From a virus, in the IMG/VR virus record IMGVR_UViG_3300048904_000185, positions 1 to 38,141 of that record: a stretch of 38,141 bases of DNA; one strand, given 5' to 3'. The notes beneath the pieces are model-generated. The model was not told the DNA's origin, did no database searches, and was given only the letters and a program-made list of their open reading frames with translations. Position 1 is the first letter of the stretch, and each line of letters starts with the position of its first letter. The translations under genes and the position numbers were made by a program. Shown one piece after another: positions 6,399 to 16,519 of this stretch.

Positions 6399-7430
6399 AT
6401 GGCTGGTATCGTCGGTTCAGACGGTCGTGCTGGTGTCTACTGGCTTGGCCAGAATGGTAGCGTTTACACTAAGAATAATCTTGGCCAGACAGTTAATGCT
6501 GGCCCTCATGCTGGTGGCGTGGCTTCGGTGCTCGCGCCTGGTGCTGACGCAAGTATCGGTGGTTATACCTATCGTAATATTGCTGACCCATTCGCTCCTG
6601 CACCAGCTACAGGTGCTCCTGCACCAAGTGCTCCAAATGGGACAAGTGGTGGCGGCGGCGGCAGTTCTTATACTGATAAGAGCAATGATATTTCTCTGCA
6701 AAATGCCGGTCTCTCAGCCGTTGGCGATCAGACGACCGCTGGACTTTCAGCCGTTGATAGGGCACTCGCGAATATCATGGGTCAATATGATACCGAGTCA
6801 AAGTCGAACGAGGGTACCTATCAAACACAGTCTGATACGAACCAGAATAACCTTCAGAAAAGCAAACAGAGCGCACTCGTCAACGGCTCACAAGGTCGTC
6901 AAGGTTTGTTCGGCAAGCTCGCAAGTATTGGTGCGCTATCTGGTGACGGTATTAAGCTCGCCAACAACGCTGTTCAGCAGGGGGTCAACGAAGACCTTTC
7001 TGGCGCAGCTGATACTTACGGCACCAATCAATCAGGTCTTGATACAGCAATTGGCACCTTCCGTCAGGAAGACAAGATGCGTCGTGAGAACGCAAACAAC
7101 TCCGCTACTGACGCACGTACTGGGGTTAATAACCAAGCTGCAAAATCACGCCAAACATTCTACTCGAATCTAGCGAATGATTATGCTGCTCAGGGTGATA
7201 TGGCAAATGCGAGGAAGTTTACCGCACTCGCAGCTGCTGAATATCCGAATGTCGCTAATACAAGTGTCCCAAGCACCAACCTCGCTTACACTGGCGCAGC
7301 ATTTACTCCAACCACGCTTTCAAACTATATTACTGGCGCAAATAGCACTCAGGTTTCGACCTCAGCTTCGCCAGATAACTATGGTATCCCAACATTAGTC
7401 GCAGGAAATACTAAACGAAAGACCGCTTAA
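6399..7430 (+). CDS. virion-associated protein (Gly/Ala/Asn/Gln-rich), function unknown
   Basis: 343-aa ORF tightly packed between neighbours. Low-complexity, coiled-coil-like composition typical of internal virion proteins. Confidence 0.5.
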   Translation: MAGIVGSDGRAGVYWLGQNGSVYTKNNLGQTVNAGPHAGGVASVLAPGADASIGGYTYRNIADPFAPAPATGAPAPSAPNGTSGGGGGSSYTDKSNDISLQNAGLSAVGDQTTAGLSAVDRALANIMGQYDTESKSNEGTYQTQSDTNQNNLQKSKQSALVNGSQGRQGLFGKLASIGALSGDGIKLANNAVQQGVNEDLSGAADTYGTNQSGLDTAIGTFRQEDKMRRENANNSATDARTGVNNQAAKSRQTFYSNLANDYAAQGDMANARKFTALAAAEYPNVANTSVPSTNLAYTGAAFTPTTLSNYITGANSTQVSTSASPDNYGIPTLVAGNTKRKTA

Positions 7431-10400
7431 ATGGATTTTCTGAGTAATATTTTTCACGGCATCGGTGACTTTGTTGGTGGTTTACTTAATGGTAATAACA
7501 ATGACCAAAGGAAACGCCAACAACAGCAACAACAATCCTTCTCTGCGCCAGCCCCGCAGAGTTCTGTTCAACCCGGATTCCACTCCGCCCTGCCAGGAGT
7601 TGTTACACAGACCACTACACAAGCACCAGCAGTTAACCTGTACCAAGCTCCCGCCGCGAATCAACTACAGAAACCAGCTGCTCCGAGACCTACACCAGCA
7701 CAGCCTCAGCAGCCATTCGCTGCGCCAGCTCAGTTAACACGGCCACTACCGACCGTAGGTCAAATTACGGGTATCCAGACGCCACAAGCACCATCAACAG
7801 GTCCAGGATTCAATCCGGTTAACTGGGTCGCTGACAACATCGTAAAACCGACTGCCGATGTTGCTGGTAAGGTAGCTAACACAGGAATTGGCGGTATCGC
7901 ACTCGCAGGTAACGCATTATCTGCTGGGGCAGATCAGCTATTTCGTGGCGGTAAAAACGCCAATTTCTATCAAAATGAGGCTAATGCTATCAACAATAAC
8001 TTCCTTGCTCCAGGTAAGGGCTTGTTTGGTGCAGGTGGGTTCCAAACAGGTAAAGACTTTGAAACTGAGTCACCAGCTCAAGCGCTTGGTGCTGGCATTG
8101 GCGCTGGAGCACAGGTAGCGCCATATCTTATCGGTAATCCTGAAGGCGCACTCATAGATAAATTCGGTAATGTTATTGGAGACAAATTTGTCAACGCTGC
8201 TGCCTCAACGCTTGCTAAAAAAGGCTCTCAATATGCCGTTCAGGGTGCTATCACAGCTCCGGCAGTTGCGAGCGCTAATGCAGTAGAGCAGGGTATCGCT
8301 ACAGGTAAATTCGACCCAGGGCAGTCGATTCAGACTGGCCTCGCGAGTATACCCGCTGCAATTCTAGGTAGTGCTGGTGGCGACGCTTTGCACGCTCTTG
8401 GCACAAAAGTTGGCACTGGTAGGCCAGAGACTCAGGCAATACTGCCCGGTGAAGCCGCACCAGGCGTTGCAAGTGTCAATCCGAATCGTGAAACCGATGC
8501 TATCTCGCAAATGACACCACCAGCTGAACAGATGCCTTCTCCACAAGAACAAGTGCCAGCTGTCACTCCTGAAGCCCCTCAACCAGTCGTCCCTCCTCAA
8601 GTACTAGCTACTACTGAACTTCCTCGTATTCCAGAGACTGCAGCGCCTCAGCAGGCTCCAGCAGCTCCAGCAACACACGATATGCTCGTGAAACAGCTTG
8701 GCGATCAAGGTAAGGGTTTTAAAAAGAACTATACGACTCGTGACATCATTAATTTAGATGATTTGAAGCAGAAGGCTACTGGGGTTATAAACAACATGGA
8801 TGACGAATCGCTTGTTCGCTCATTTCAGACTGCTGATCCTGAAACAATTGTTACTAACCCACAGTCATTTGCTGTTGCACGTGCAGCTGTCGAGCGGCTA
8901 AGTAAGAATGCCGACGACCCAGCATCGGTTCAGACAGTTAGTAATCTTCTCGATGCAATGGACAAAGCAAGTAGTCGATCTGGCCAGATGCAGCGTATTG
9001 TACGCGAGGAATTTGATAGTATGCCAGTTCCTATGAAGGCTCGCTATATTATGAAGCAGATTGACAAAGCCAATGTCGGCGATAATGAGTATGTTCCTTT
9101 GAGGGATAGGCCAGACGAAGCAGCTCTTATCGATCAGACGATTACAAGTGGCTTGAACAAGTCAGAAGCCATTGCAAATCGTGTTTCACAGATTCAGGAC
9201 CAATTGAACCAAGTCGCCGAAGCAGCGAAAAATGGCCAAAAAAGTGATGTTAATGTTGGTGATCTCGCAGTTGCGCTAAAAGATGCCGAAATGGAGCTTG
9301 GAGCGAGTAATGGCGAATTGGTCAAATATTATCAGACTTTGGTGCCAAAACGCTCAATTGGCCAAAAAACCAATGATTTTGCTCGAAATGCTATGCTTTC
9401 AAGCTTTACGGGTCGTGTTAACGATATCGCTACTACAGCGACGAATATGGCTCAACAGAGTCTCCAAAACACTGTCCAGGGGGCTATCGCTAAGGGTGTC
9501 AACGCCTTCAGTCCCGGTAAGGTACTTGATACATCCCGGGGTACAGGTGCTTTTTGGCGCGGTACACTTGAAGGTGTCGGTAAAGGTGCGCGTGAGTTTA
9601 CAAATGAGATACAAGCAGGTGATCTACAGAAGTCACTCAAAAATGGCAGTATGGGAAAACGTACTCAGTTAGCGAAATCGCAAAATCCTCTCGGTCGCAC
9701 TATACAGGCATCTACTGAGTTCGCAACTCATGCGAGTGAGGGCGTTCGTGACCAGCGCCTCTATCAATTGGCTATACAAGAAGCTCAGAAAGCCGGCATT
9801 CCACGCAATCTGCGCGACCAATATGCCAGTGCTCGTGCGGCTGTTCCTTCACGTGATATGCTCGATAATGCCCAAAAACTGCACGATACGGTCAATAACT
9901 TGAATGATAATCCAATTAGTAATAAGTTACGCAGTATTGTCGATGCTATCGACCCACCGGGCGCAGCGAAAAAAGGTAATAAAGCTCAAGCATGGGCGGG
10001 TGGCCTTCTTCGTAATCAAATTTTGCCATTTACGAGCTGGGCTGGTGGCAATATCTGGAATGGCGTCACTGACAGAAATGTTGTCGCTGCTGCTGTAAAA
10101 CTCGGTAATTCTATCCGTAAGGGTGATGCAGATGGTATCGTCGAGAACCTCGCTAAAACTGCTATTCATGGTGGTGAGACATACGCGCTAGGCTATTTGC
10201 TTAGTCAGAACGGTACTATTACTAACAAGGATGCAAATGGTAATAGTTATGATGGCCTTTATCTTCATGCAGGTGATCGCTACATACCAGTTGCTTTCAC
10301 TGGCTTCTTTGCGCCGAGTATCATCCTTGGTCATGCTGCTTATCAGGCAATTAACTCTGGTAAGGACCCTGCAAGCGCAATTGGTGACTTTGCCGGTAAC

Positions 10401-11498
10401 ACGCTTGCTGATTGGGCAAAATCGGCAAGCCTTTCGAGCGTCATGGGCACTGACAATAACATTACTCGTTTAGCAGCTGTTCCGGCGTCTGAGCCGAAGG
10501 GTACGAGTGCAGGCGATACACTCGGTGATACGGGTGCTGCGGCTGGTGCAAGCATTATAAATCAATATGTTCCGGCAATAACCCGTGATATTAACTCAGT
10601 TTTGAATAATTATACTGGTCTGAACCCAACGAAAGAGGCAGCCAATACAACGGTCCTTCAGACAAACCCAGCTACCGGCAATCAAGTAAAAGACAAGGGA
10701 GCTAGCGCTGGAGCCAGTATTCTTAATAACATCCCTGTTGCTTCACAACTCGCGTTGCCACGTAAGCAAGGTGTTGCATCGGCTGACCTTGTTGATCGTG
10801 TGACTCATGGCAGTAGTGATACTGCAACAACAAAGCAGCAACGAGCAGACGCACAAACAAAGGCCGATCAGATAGCAGCAGATGCAAAGGCTGGAATCCC
10901 GAACCCTGACGCAACATATAAACAGGGTGACAGTTTTGCTAATGCTGTCGAAAATCGTATTGAGAATAGTCAATACGACCAAGCAATAGCTGGTTTGAAG
11001 GAGCAATTAACAAAGCTTAAATCTGGTGATAATCCAACAAAAGCACAAACTGACCCTGTAGAAAAGCAGATTAAAGAGACGCAAGTACTGAAAGATGGAA
11101 ACTACGACCCGGCAATTCGTGATCTCTATAAACAAACGACGCAGTCACAGTGGCGTGACATGGGTGACCCGAACAGTGATGGATATGACCCAAAGACATA
11201 CGAAATGCTATGGCAGTATCAGAATGACCTTGTGAAGGCAGGTCTTAACACGACTGTCGCTGGTGTGAATACAAATAAATATAGTCCAAAAGCCCCAGCA
11301 AAGGGTCGAAGTGGCAGCGGTGGCCGCGGCGGCTCAACAAGCGCGGCTGGGGGTACCATTAGCCCTGTCGAGCTGAAAAACATCAGCCTGGGTAGCCTTA
11401 GCCCCCAGAAAATCAGCAACGCACCAATCCCAACTATTAGACAGATAAAGCCCACAGATTTGCCAAAAAAGCGTACAATATCAATTAGTAAGGGTTAA
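7431..11498 (+). CDS. large (1355 aa) virion protein, internal core/ejection- or tape-measure-like
   Basis: Longest ORF in the window. N-terminal poly-Q and Pro/Gln-rich region, Gly/Ala-rich hydrophobic segments, long helical regions, C-terminal GRSGSGGRGG. Size and position next to tail tube-like genes recall T7 gp16-class proteins. No catalytic motif seen. Confidence 0.55.
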   Translation: MDFLSNIFHGIGDFVGGLLNGNNNDQRKRQQQQQQSFSAPAPQSSVQPGFHSALPGVVTQTTTQAPAVNLYQAPAANQLQKPAAPRPTPAQPQQPFAAPAQLTRPLPTVGQITGIQTPQAPSTGPGFNPVNWVADNIVKPTADVAGKVANTGIGGIALAGNALSAGADQLFRGGKNANFYQNEANAINNNFLAPGKGLFGAGGFQTGKDFETESPAQALGAGIGAGAQVAPYLIGNPEGALIDKFGNVIGDKFVNAAASTLAKKGSQYAVQGAITAPAVASANAVEQGIATGKFDPGQSIQTGLASIPAAILGSAGGDALHALGTKVGTGRPETQAILPGEAAPGVASVNPNRETDAISQMTPPAEQMPSPQEQVPAVTPEAPQPVVPPQVLATTELPRIPETAAPQQAPAAPATHDMLVKQLGDQGKGFKKNYTTRDIINLDDLKQKATGVINNMDDESLVRSFQTADPETIVTNPQSFAVARAAVERLSKNADDPASVQTVSNLLDAMDKASSRSGQMQRIVREEFDSMPVPMKARYIMKQIDKANVGDNEYVPLRDRPDEAALIDQTITSGLNKSEAIANRVSQIQDQLNQVAEAAKNGQKSDVNVGDLAVALKDAEMELGASNGELVKYYQTLVPKRSIGQKTNDFARNAMLSSFTGRVNDIATTATNMAQQSLQNTVQGAIAKGVNAFSPGKVLDTSRGTGAFWRGTLEGVGKGAREFTNEIQAGDLQKSLKNGSMGKRTQLAKSQNPLGRTIQASTEFATHASEGVRDQRLYQLAIQEAQKAGIPRNLRDQYASARAAVPSRDMLDNAQKLHDTVNNLNDNPISNKLRSIVDAIDPPGAAKKGNKAQAWAGGLLRNQILPFTSWAGGNIWNGVTDRNVVAAAVKLGNSIRKGDADGIVENLAKTAIHGGETYALGYLLSQNGTITNKDANGNSYDGLYLHAGDRYIPVAFTGFFAPSIILGHAAYQAINSGKDPASAIGDFAGNTLADWAKSASLSSVMGTDNNITRLAAVPASEPKGTSAGDTLGDTGAAAGASIINQYVPAITRDINSVLNNYTGLNPTKEAANTTVLQTNPATGNQVKDKGASAGASILNNIPVASQLALPRKQGVASADLVDRVTHGSSDTATTKQQRADAQTKADQIAADAKAGIPNPDATYKQGDSFANAVENRIENSQYDQAIAGLKEQLTKLKSGDNPTKAQTDPVEKQIKETQVLKDGNYDPAIRDLYKQTTQSQWRDMGDPNSDGYDPKTYEMLWQYQNDLVKAGLNTTVAGVNTNKYSPKAPAKGRSGSGGRGGSTSAAGGTISPVELKNISLGSLSPQKISNAPIPTIRQIKPTDLPKKRTISISKG

Positions 11499-11513
11499 TA
11501 GGGGAAAAGCAAC

Positions 11514-12272
11514 ATGTCACCAAAAGATCAATTTACCAAATACGCACAACGACTCTACCTTACGGTTAAGGGCCGACGTTTTGATAATATTGACAATACT
11601 GACGGCCAGACCTATTTGATGAACTGCGCCGAGTGGACGAACATGTTTCTTGATGAGCTCGAACTCGAAACTGACCCTGATGGTCGTGCTATTAACTGGT
11701 GGTGGATGCGTACTAACGACTTCACGCTTGGTACAGTAGCTAATACGACTGATACGACCCTATCGCTTCCATCGACGGTCAAGAACCTCATTAGCGCCCC
11801 AGATCGCTACGTACGTGTATTACAGGATGGTACACCTATATCGAGCTTCCGCGTGGTAAATGCTGACCAGATCAACAACAAGCCGAATAATGGAGTACAG
11901 GAAGATCGTGTGGCACAAATTGGCAGTACGCTCTATTTCAGTCGTCCATTTAAAGACACTGAGCTGTCTGGCACCATTACTGGTGATGTCACTGCCTCAC
12001 TCCCACGCGTCGTCTACAACGTCGCGAGCGATGGGACGCTTAGCTTTACGAATATCAAGGCGCTGACGGTCGTAGACCCTCAGACGTTGCTCGTATTAGG
12101 CTCAGCGAAGAACATGTCACTACCAGACATTGTGCAGGGCAAACTCAGCCCAAGTTACGCGCAGAAGTTCAACGACATGCTCCAGGGCGCGATCGCACGA
12201 AGTACGGCAACATCAGCCTCAAATTCAATTGAGACCCAAGATTATAGCGGTGTTACCGGAGTATATGGCTAA
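11514..12272 (+). CDS. tail/adaptor protein (tail tubular A-like by size and position)
   Basis: 252 aa. Its stop overlaps the next start (TAATG). Sits between the giant protein and the 692-aa protein upstream of the portal. No motif proof. Confidence 0.4.
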   Translation: MSPKDQFTKYAQRLYLTVKGRRFDNIDNTDGQTYLMNCAEWTNMFLDELELETDPDGRAINWWWMRTNDFTLGTVANTTDTTLSLPSTVKNLISAPDRYVRVLQDGTPISSFRVVNADQINNKPNNGVQEDRVAQIGSTLYFSRPFKDTELSGTITGDVTASLPRVVYNVASDGTLSFTNIKALTVVDPQTLLVLGSAKNMSLPDIVQGKLSPSYAQKFNDMLQGAIARSTATSASNSIETQDYSGVTGVYG

Positions 12273-14350
12273 TGGCTGTTGACAAACCAGTACCAGTACC
12301 TGAGCAGCAGATTACTGCGACTAACCAGGTCGGTTGGCCCGGTGGTCTAAATCTGAACGGTGCGCCAAATGCTGATGTAACTGACTTAACAGAGGTCAAA
12401 GATATCGAACTTGATATTAACGGCTTTGTTGTGCCACGTCGTAACCTTGTGCCATTTCTGCCCGATACTGTTGGTACGGCTTACCAGAAATTACCTGTCC
12501 GTTGGAATGGGTTATTGTATTACTTCACGATCGATTCTGATGGTAAGGCGAAATTTTGCCAGCAAACAGATGCAACTTGGACAAACTGTGGAGGTACGAA
12601 TAGCTTTACAATGACTGGCGGTAAGCCAGAATTACTTCGTGTGCTCGATCATATCCTTATCTTGAACGGCTCTAATAATCAAAAAATGGCCTCGATCGAC
12701 CTAAATACTAGCGGTTTTCCAATTGTCAATTACACAGCAGTTACGAACCCAACGACAACCATGACGACTGCACTTACAGGTATTACCACTGGTGCGTTGA
12801 AAATCTACTATGCCTATAGTTATAGTGGTAACTTCGGTGAAACAGCGTTGTCACCTATCGTCACACAGTCGATTAACATCCCGCGCGACCAGTGGCAGAC
12901 AGCAGCAACGCCCGGTAAAATTACTCTTACTTTCGGTGACACGCCACCAGCCGGTGCGACATTCCGTAACATGTACATTGCGCTTGCAGCAACAGGCGGT
13001 ACGATTACAGCTACTGACATGCTTCAAGTCTCGGCTGGCATTGATCTCAACGCGACTACCTTTATCGACGATGGTTCACTTGACATTAATCTCGGTAATC
13101 CGGCTCCAACAGAAAACTCAACCGATTCGTTCAAAGTGAGCCATGGTATCGTCGAAGATGGTAATCCTATCCTTTTTGGCGACCCAGACAACCCAGAGAA
13201 TATCTATATCGGTGGTGGTGGCCCCTATGCTCTGAGCTTTTCTACCGCGAACAACGGTTTTAAAGCCCAACCGGAGCTTGGTACAAACTTCGTCCCAACT
13301 GTTATTATCGGGTTCCGTAACGGTCAGGGACAACCAAGCCTTACGGTGCTTTACTCGAACACAGAGGGTATTTCTAAGCAGTCTGTCCTTGAACAACAGA
13401 CCGTCAACTATGGCAATACCTCATTTAACGTCTGGGGCGTCACTTCGCAGCACTACGGTGCCGCTGGTGTAGCCGCAACTAACTCAGCCATCAACTACAA
13501 CGGTAAGTTACTATTCATGTCAACAGATGGCTTTATGAGCATGAATACTCAGCCCCTACGCCAGAACGTCATCTCTACTGACCCGCTGTCGATCAAGAAA
13601 ATCGATAAACTGGTACGGGCTATCAAGAATTCCGCTATGGGTACGATTGTTGGTACCGGTTGGGGTAACAAGTTTATGTGGACAATTCCGAACGATGGTT
13701 TTGACACCCCACAGCAGCTTCTTATCGCCGATGACAATCACAACGACTCATGGTATGTGCTCGATATCCCAGCTAACTGGATTGGTGTCGTTTCACCATC
13801 AGACTCATCGGCATTTGTTTATATTAGCCAGGGTAATAAAACCTATCAGTTGCAACCTGGTGATACCACATATGATATAAAGAACGGCGTACCGGTTCCA
13901 TTCTCAACTAAGGCTGTCGGTGCTATGGCACCCCTAAACAGCGCTCCTGCTCACAACAACTGGGGGGCAACAGTCCAGGCAGTTTTCTATGTCGAAGAAA
14001 TCATTGGTAATATCACAGTTGGTATAAATTACAAAGACCAAAACGGTACCCTGAAAAACCGCGAAGTACTCTATGAAGGGCCCGCGTATACGCCGTCTGG
14101 TGCGGGTGGCTGGGGTGATATGGGTTGGGCATTTGGTGGCGTTGCCTCACCTGCCATCAGTGGTTTTCCTCGTATAGACGCCTCAGCCGCAGCGATTACA
14201 AATATTGATGATCGAATCAAAGTACCGATTGATGATATTATGAACGAGTATCAGTGGTATATTAAGACTGACGCAGGCTACAACCACTATCGTCTTCGCT
14301 CAGTATCACCAGAAGGAATTAACCTAGGCGTTCGGCCTGACTTACAGTAG
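12272..14350 (+). CDS. tail tube/nozzle-like protein (tail tubular B-like by size and position)
   Basis: 692 aa with beta-rich composition, adjacent to the portal. Assignment by synteny only. Confidence 0.4.
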   Translation: MAVDKPVPVPEQQITATNQVGWPGGLNLNGAPNADVTDLTEVKDIELDINGFVVPRRNLVPFLPDTVGTAYQKLPVRWNGLLYYFTIDSDGKAKFCQQTDATWTNCGGTNSFTMTGGKPELLRVLDHILILNGSNNQKMASIDLNTSGFPIVNYTAVTNPTTTMTTALTGITTGALKIYYAYSYSGNFGETALSPIVTQSINIPRDQWQTAATPGKITLTFGDTPPAGATFRNMYIALAATGGTITATDMLQVSAGIDLNATTFIDDGSLDINLGNPAPTENSTDSFKVSHGIVEDGNPILFGDPDNPENIYIGGGGPYALSFSTANNGFKAQPELGTNFVPTVIIGFRNGQGQPSLTVLYSNTEGISKQSVLEQQTVNYGNTSFNVWGVTSQHYGAAGVAATNSAINYNGKLLFMSTDGFMSMNTQPLRQNVISTDPLSIKKIDKLVRAIKNSAMGTIVGTGWGNKFMWTIPNDGFDTPQQLLIADDNHNDSWYVLDIPANWIGVVSPSDSSAFVYISQGNKTYQLQPGDTTYDIKNGVPVPFSTKAVGAMAPLNSAPAHNNWGATVQAVFYVEEIIGNITVGINYKDQNGTLKNREVLYEGPAYTPSGAGGWGDMGWAFGGVASPAISGFPRIDASAAAITNIDDRIKVPIDDIMNEYQWYIKTDAGYNHYRLRSVSPEGINLGVRPDLQ

Positions 14351-14373
14351 AATGGGAGCATAAGAGGCATCAT

Positions 14374-16134
14374 ATGAACAACGACACGCAAACTCAACTG
14401 CTATTCGGGCAACAGCCAATCATCAACAATACTGGTATTGATATGCAAAACCTGCTCGAAGAGTGGCGTTTTTCAAAGACCTATGTCGAGCAGTACACCC
14501 GTGACTTTAAGCAACTTGACGATCTTGTCGATGGTGTGCCGCTCAATAAAGATACCAATGCACCGTTCGTTGGTGATACCACATTGCCCGGTCTCGTTCG
14601 CTCAATTCCTCGAAACAGCTTACAACAACTACCGGTGTTTTCAGCCCGTGTAAACGGCTCAAAAGTCTCAATTCCAGCACTTATCTGTACGTTTCTTTTG
14701 AAGAAATTTGCCTTTAATGAGGACACGTTTGGTAAGGGTCTACTCTCGACTCTTCAGGTCGGTGCTGAACAAGCACTGACACATGGTTATGCAGCTTTTA
14801 TGGTCGGTACAGGTCTTCTTTTCAACGACTTCGGGACGACGCTTCGGCTGCTTCATTTTACCGATACCTCACCAGAGCCAGGTATCCAAGACCATAATGA
14901 GACTGGCTACGACTTCGTATCAGGACACCCGACACCTGGTCGTGTGCGTCGTATCTTGCGCGCAGCTATGCGTAATCCAAATACAACTTGGAATGTTGAG
15001 GCGCTACAAAAGGTGCTCCAGTCAACCGCTACACCAACGAATTATTCGATTTGGGAGAGTACTGCGCGACAGAATAACCCTGGTGAACAATCAGGTCCTA
15101 CCTACGAGTTTGTCACTCGCTATGAAACGGGTCCAGATGCATCGATTATCACATTCTGCCCGCTCGTCACAGATGTGCCACTTCGTATGATGGATAACAA
15201 CTCGAAATGGGGCTACCCAAGGGTTATGTACCTGGTTATCGACCCAGCACCGCTCACACCATTCGGTGTCTCTCGTGTACGCTTGGCATCGCCAAACCAA
15301 AACCTTATGAACATCTATTACGCGAATATCGCATCGATGCTGCTACTCAACAGCAAGCCACCAATTCTCAAGCGTGGTCGTTTCTTGAAGCCAGTTGCCT
15401 TGAAGCAAGGTGCTGTCTGGGAGACTATGGATACCAATGCTGACGCGAAACTCGTCACCATCGATAATGGTGCGCTTGAGCAGTTTGTCGGGATGGCTCA
15501 GCAGTTTGCCGGTCAGATTCAGAACATCATGGGTGGCCAGACAATGCAGGTGAACAACGCCAATGGTAAGAGTGGCTTCGGTAAGACCGGCCCTGGTATC
15601 AAGGCTGCCTCAAACGTCATGGACGTAAATACCAACCAGATTACTAAATTACTTGAAAACTTCCTACGTCAGTACGCACTGGTTGCCCTTGACACACTGT
15701 TTTGTGAGCAGGAAGGCGTCGATCAGATTATTGTAGATGATGAGACGAAGAACGCCATTAACACTGTAGTGCCCGGTTTTGTTGGTGACGACAATAAGGT
15801 TGCTATGGACTGGCAGCGTTTCTACGCAGCTATTGAAGAGTGGGGCGTTGACATCGACGTATCGATCTCTCAAGACCAACTTGACGATCAACAGCGTGCT
15901 GACATGCAGGATATGATGGTTGTACTCGGCCAGAATATCGATAAGCTTGGCCCAGATGCACAAATGAAATTTGAGCAACTGACTAACATGCTGATGCAAC
16001 AAAAGACACCACTACTTAAGTCACTGGCCCTTGGTCAACCAGGGATGGCACCACAAGGCGGTGTCCCCGGTAATCTACCCTCAGTAGCACCACAGCAGAT
16101 GCCTCAGCCACAGCCAGCCCCTGCGGGTGTGTAA
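14374..16134 (+). CDS. portal protein (putative)
   Basis: 586 aa, immediately upstream of the scaffold-like gene. Gln/Pro-rich flexible C-terminus (QPGMAPQGGVPGNLPSVAPQQMPQPQPAPAGV) like podovirus portals. Assigned by size and order, not by motif. Confidence 0.6.
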   Translation: MNNDTQTQLLFGQQPIINNTGIDMQNLLEEWRFSKTYVEQYTRDFKQLDDLVDGVPLNKDTNAPFVGDTTLPGLVRSIPRNSLQQLPVFSARVNGSKVSIPALICTFLLKKFAFNEDTFGKGLLSTLQVGAEQALTHGYAAFMVGTGLLFNDFGTTLRLLHFTDTSPEPGIQDHNETGYDFVSGHPTPGRVRRILRAAMRNPNTTWNVEALQKVLQSTATPTNYSIWESTARQNNPGEQSGPTYEFVTRYETGPDASIITFCPLVTDVPLRMMDNNSKWGYPRVMYLVIDPAPLTPFGVSRVRLASPNQNLMNIYYANIASMLLLNSKPPILKRGRFLKPVALKQGAVWETMDTNADAKLVTIDNGALEQFVGMAQQFAGQIQNIMGGQTMQVNNANGKSGFGKTGPGIKAASNVMDVNTNQITKLLENFLRQYALVALDTLFCEQEGVDQIIVDDETKNAINTVVPGFVGDDNKVAMDWQRFYAAIEEWGVDIDVSISQDQLDDQQRADMQDMMVVLGQNIDKLGPDAQMKFEQLTNMLMQQKTPLLKSLALGQPGMAPQGGVPGNLPSVAPQQMPQPQPAPAGV

Positions 16135-16165
16135 AAGTACTTGATGCTTATGCCGAGCATGTGTT

Positions 16166-16510
16166 ATGCTTGCGCTAGGAATCACAGGCAAATCTATGGT
16201 AATGAGACAAGATGAAGAGTTAACCTATCTCTCGCACGTTCCGGCGGGTGTATTGCCAACTGTCGCAGAAGAATCACGGCAGGATGAGGCAAACTACGAT
16301 ACAATTAAGCATCTTCACACTGAGTTTCACGCCGCGATGGATTCTTTGCACAACGATTTCAATGCATTTGATATCCATAAAGATGACACAAATGAGGATG
16401 CGAAGGATAAGCTGTTACGTGACATTGATGGTCGGCAAATAGCTTTTGAGATCCTTTCTCCATTAGTGGAGTCTTTGGATAATGCAATGAACGCAATCAA
16501 TAAAACGTAA
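16166..16510 (+). CDS. hypothetical acidic protein
   Basis: Track ORF of 114 aa. No SD at 16166. In-frame ATGs at 16196 and 16202 are alternative starts. Confidence 0.45.
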   Translation: MLALGITGKSMVMRQDEELTYLSHVPAGVLPTVAEESRQDEANYDTIKHLHTEFHAAMDSLHNDFNAFDIHKDDTNEDAKDKLLRDIDGRQIAFEILSPLVESLDNAMNAINKT

Positions 16511-16519
16511 GGGGGATAG

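Noticed and set aside
6427-7173. 248-aa plus-strand ORF overlapping 6399-7430 in another frame
   Set aside because: The 343-aa frame is contiguous with its neighbours (2-nt and 0-nt gaps) and has normal composition. The alternative frame is Leu/Arg/Ser-rich, has no RBS and starts inside the real gene.
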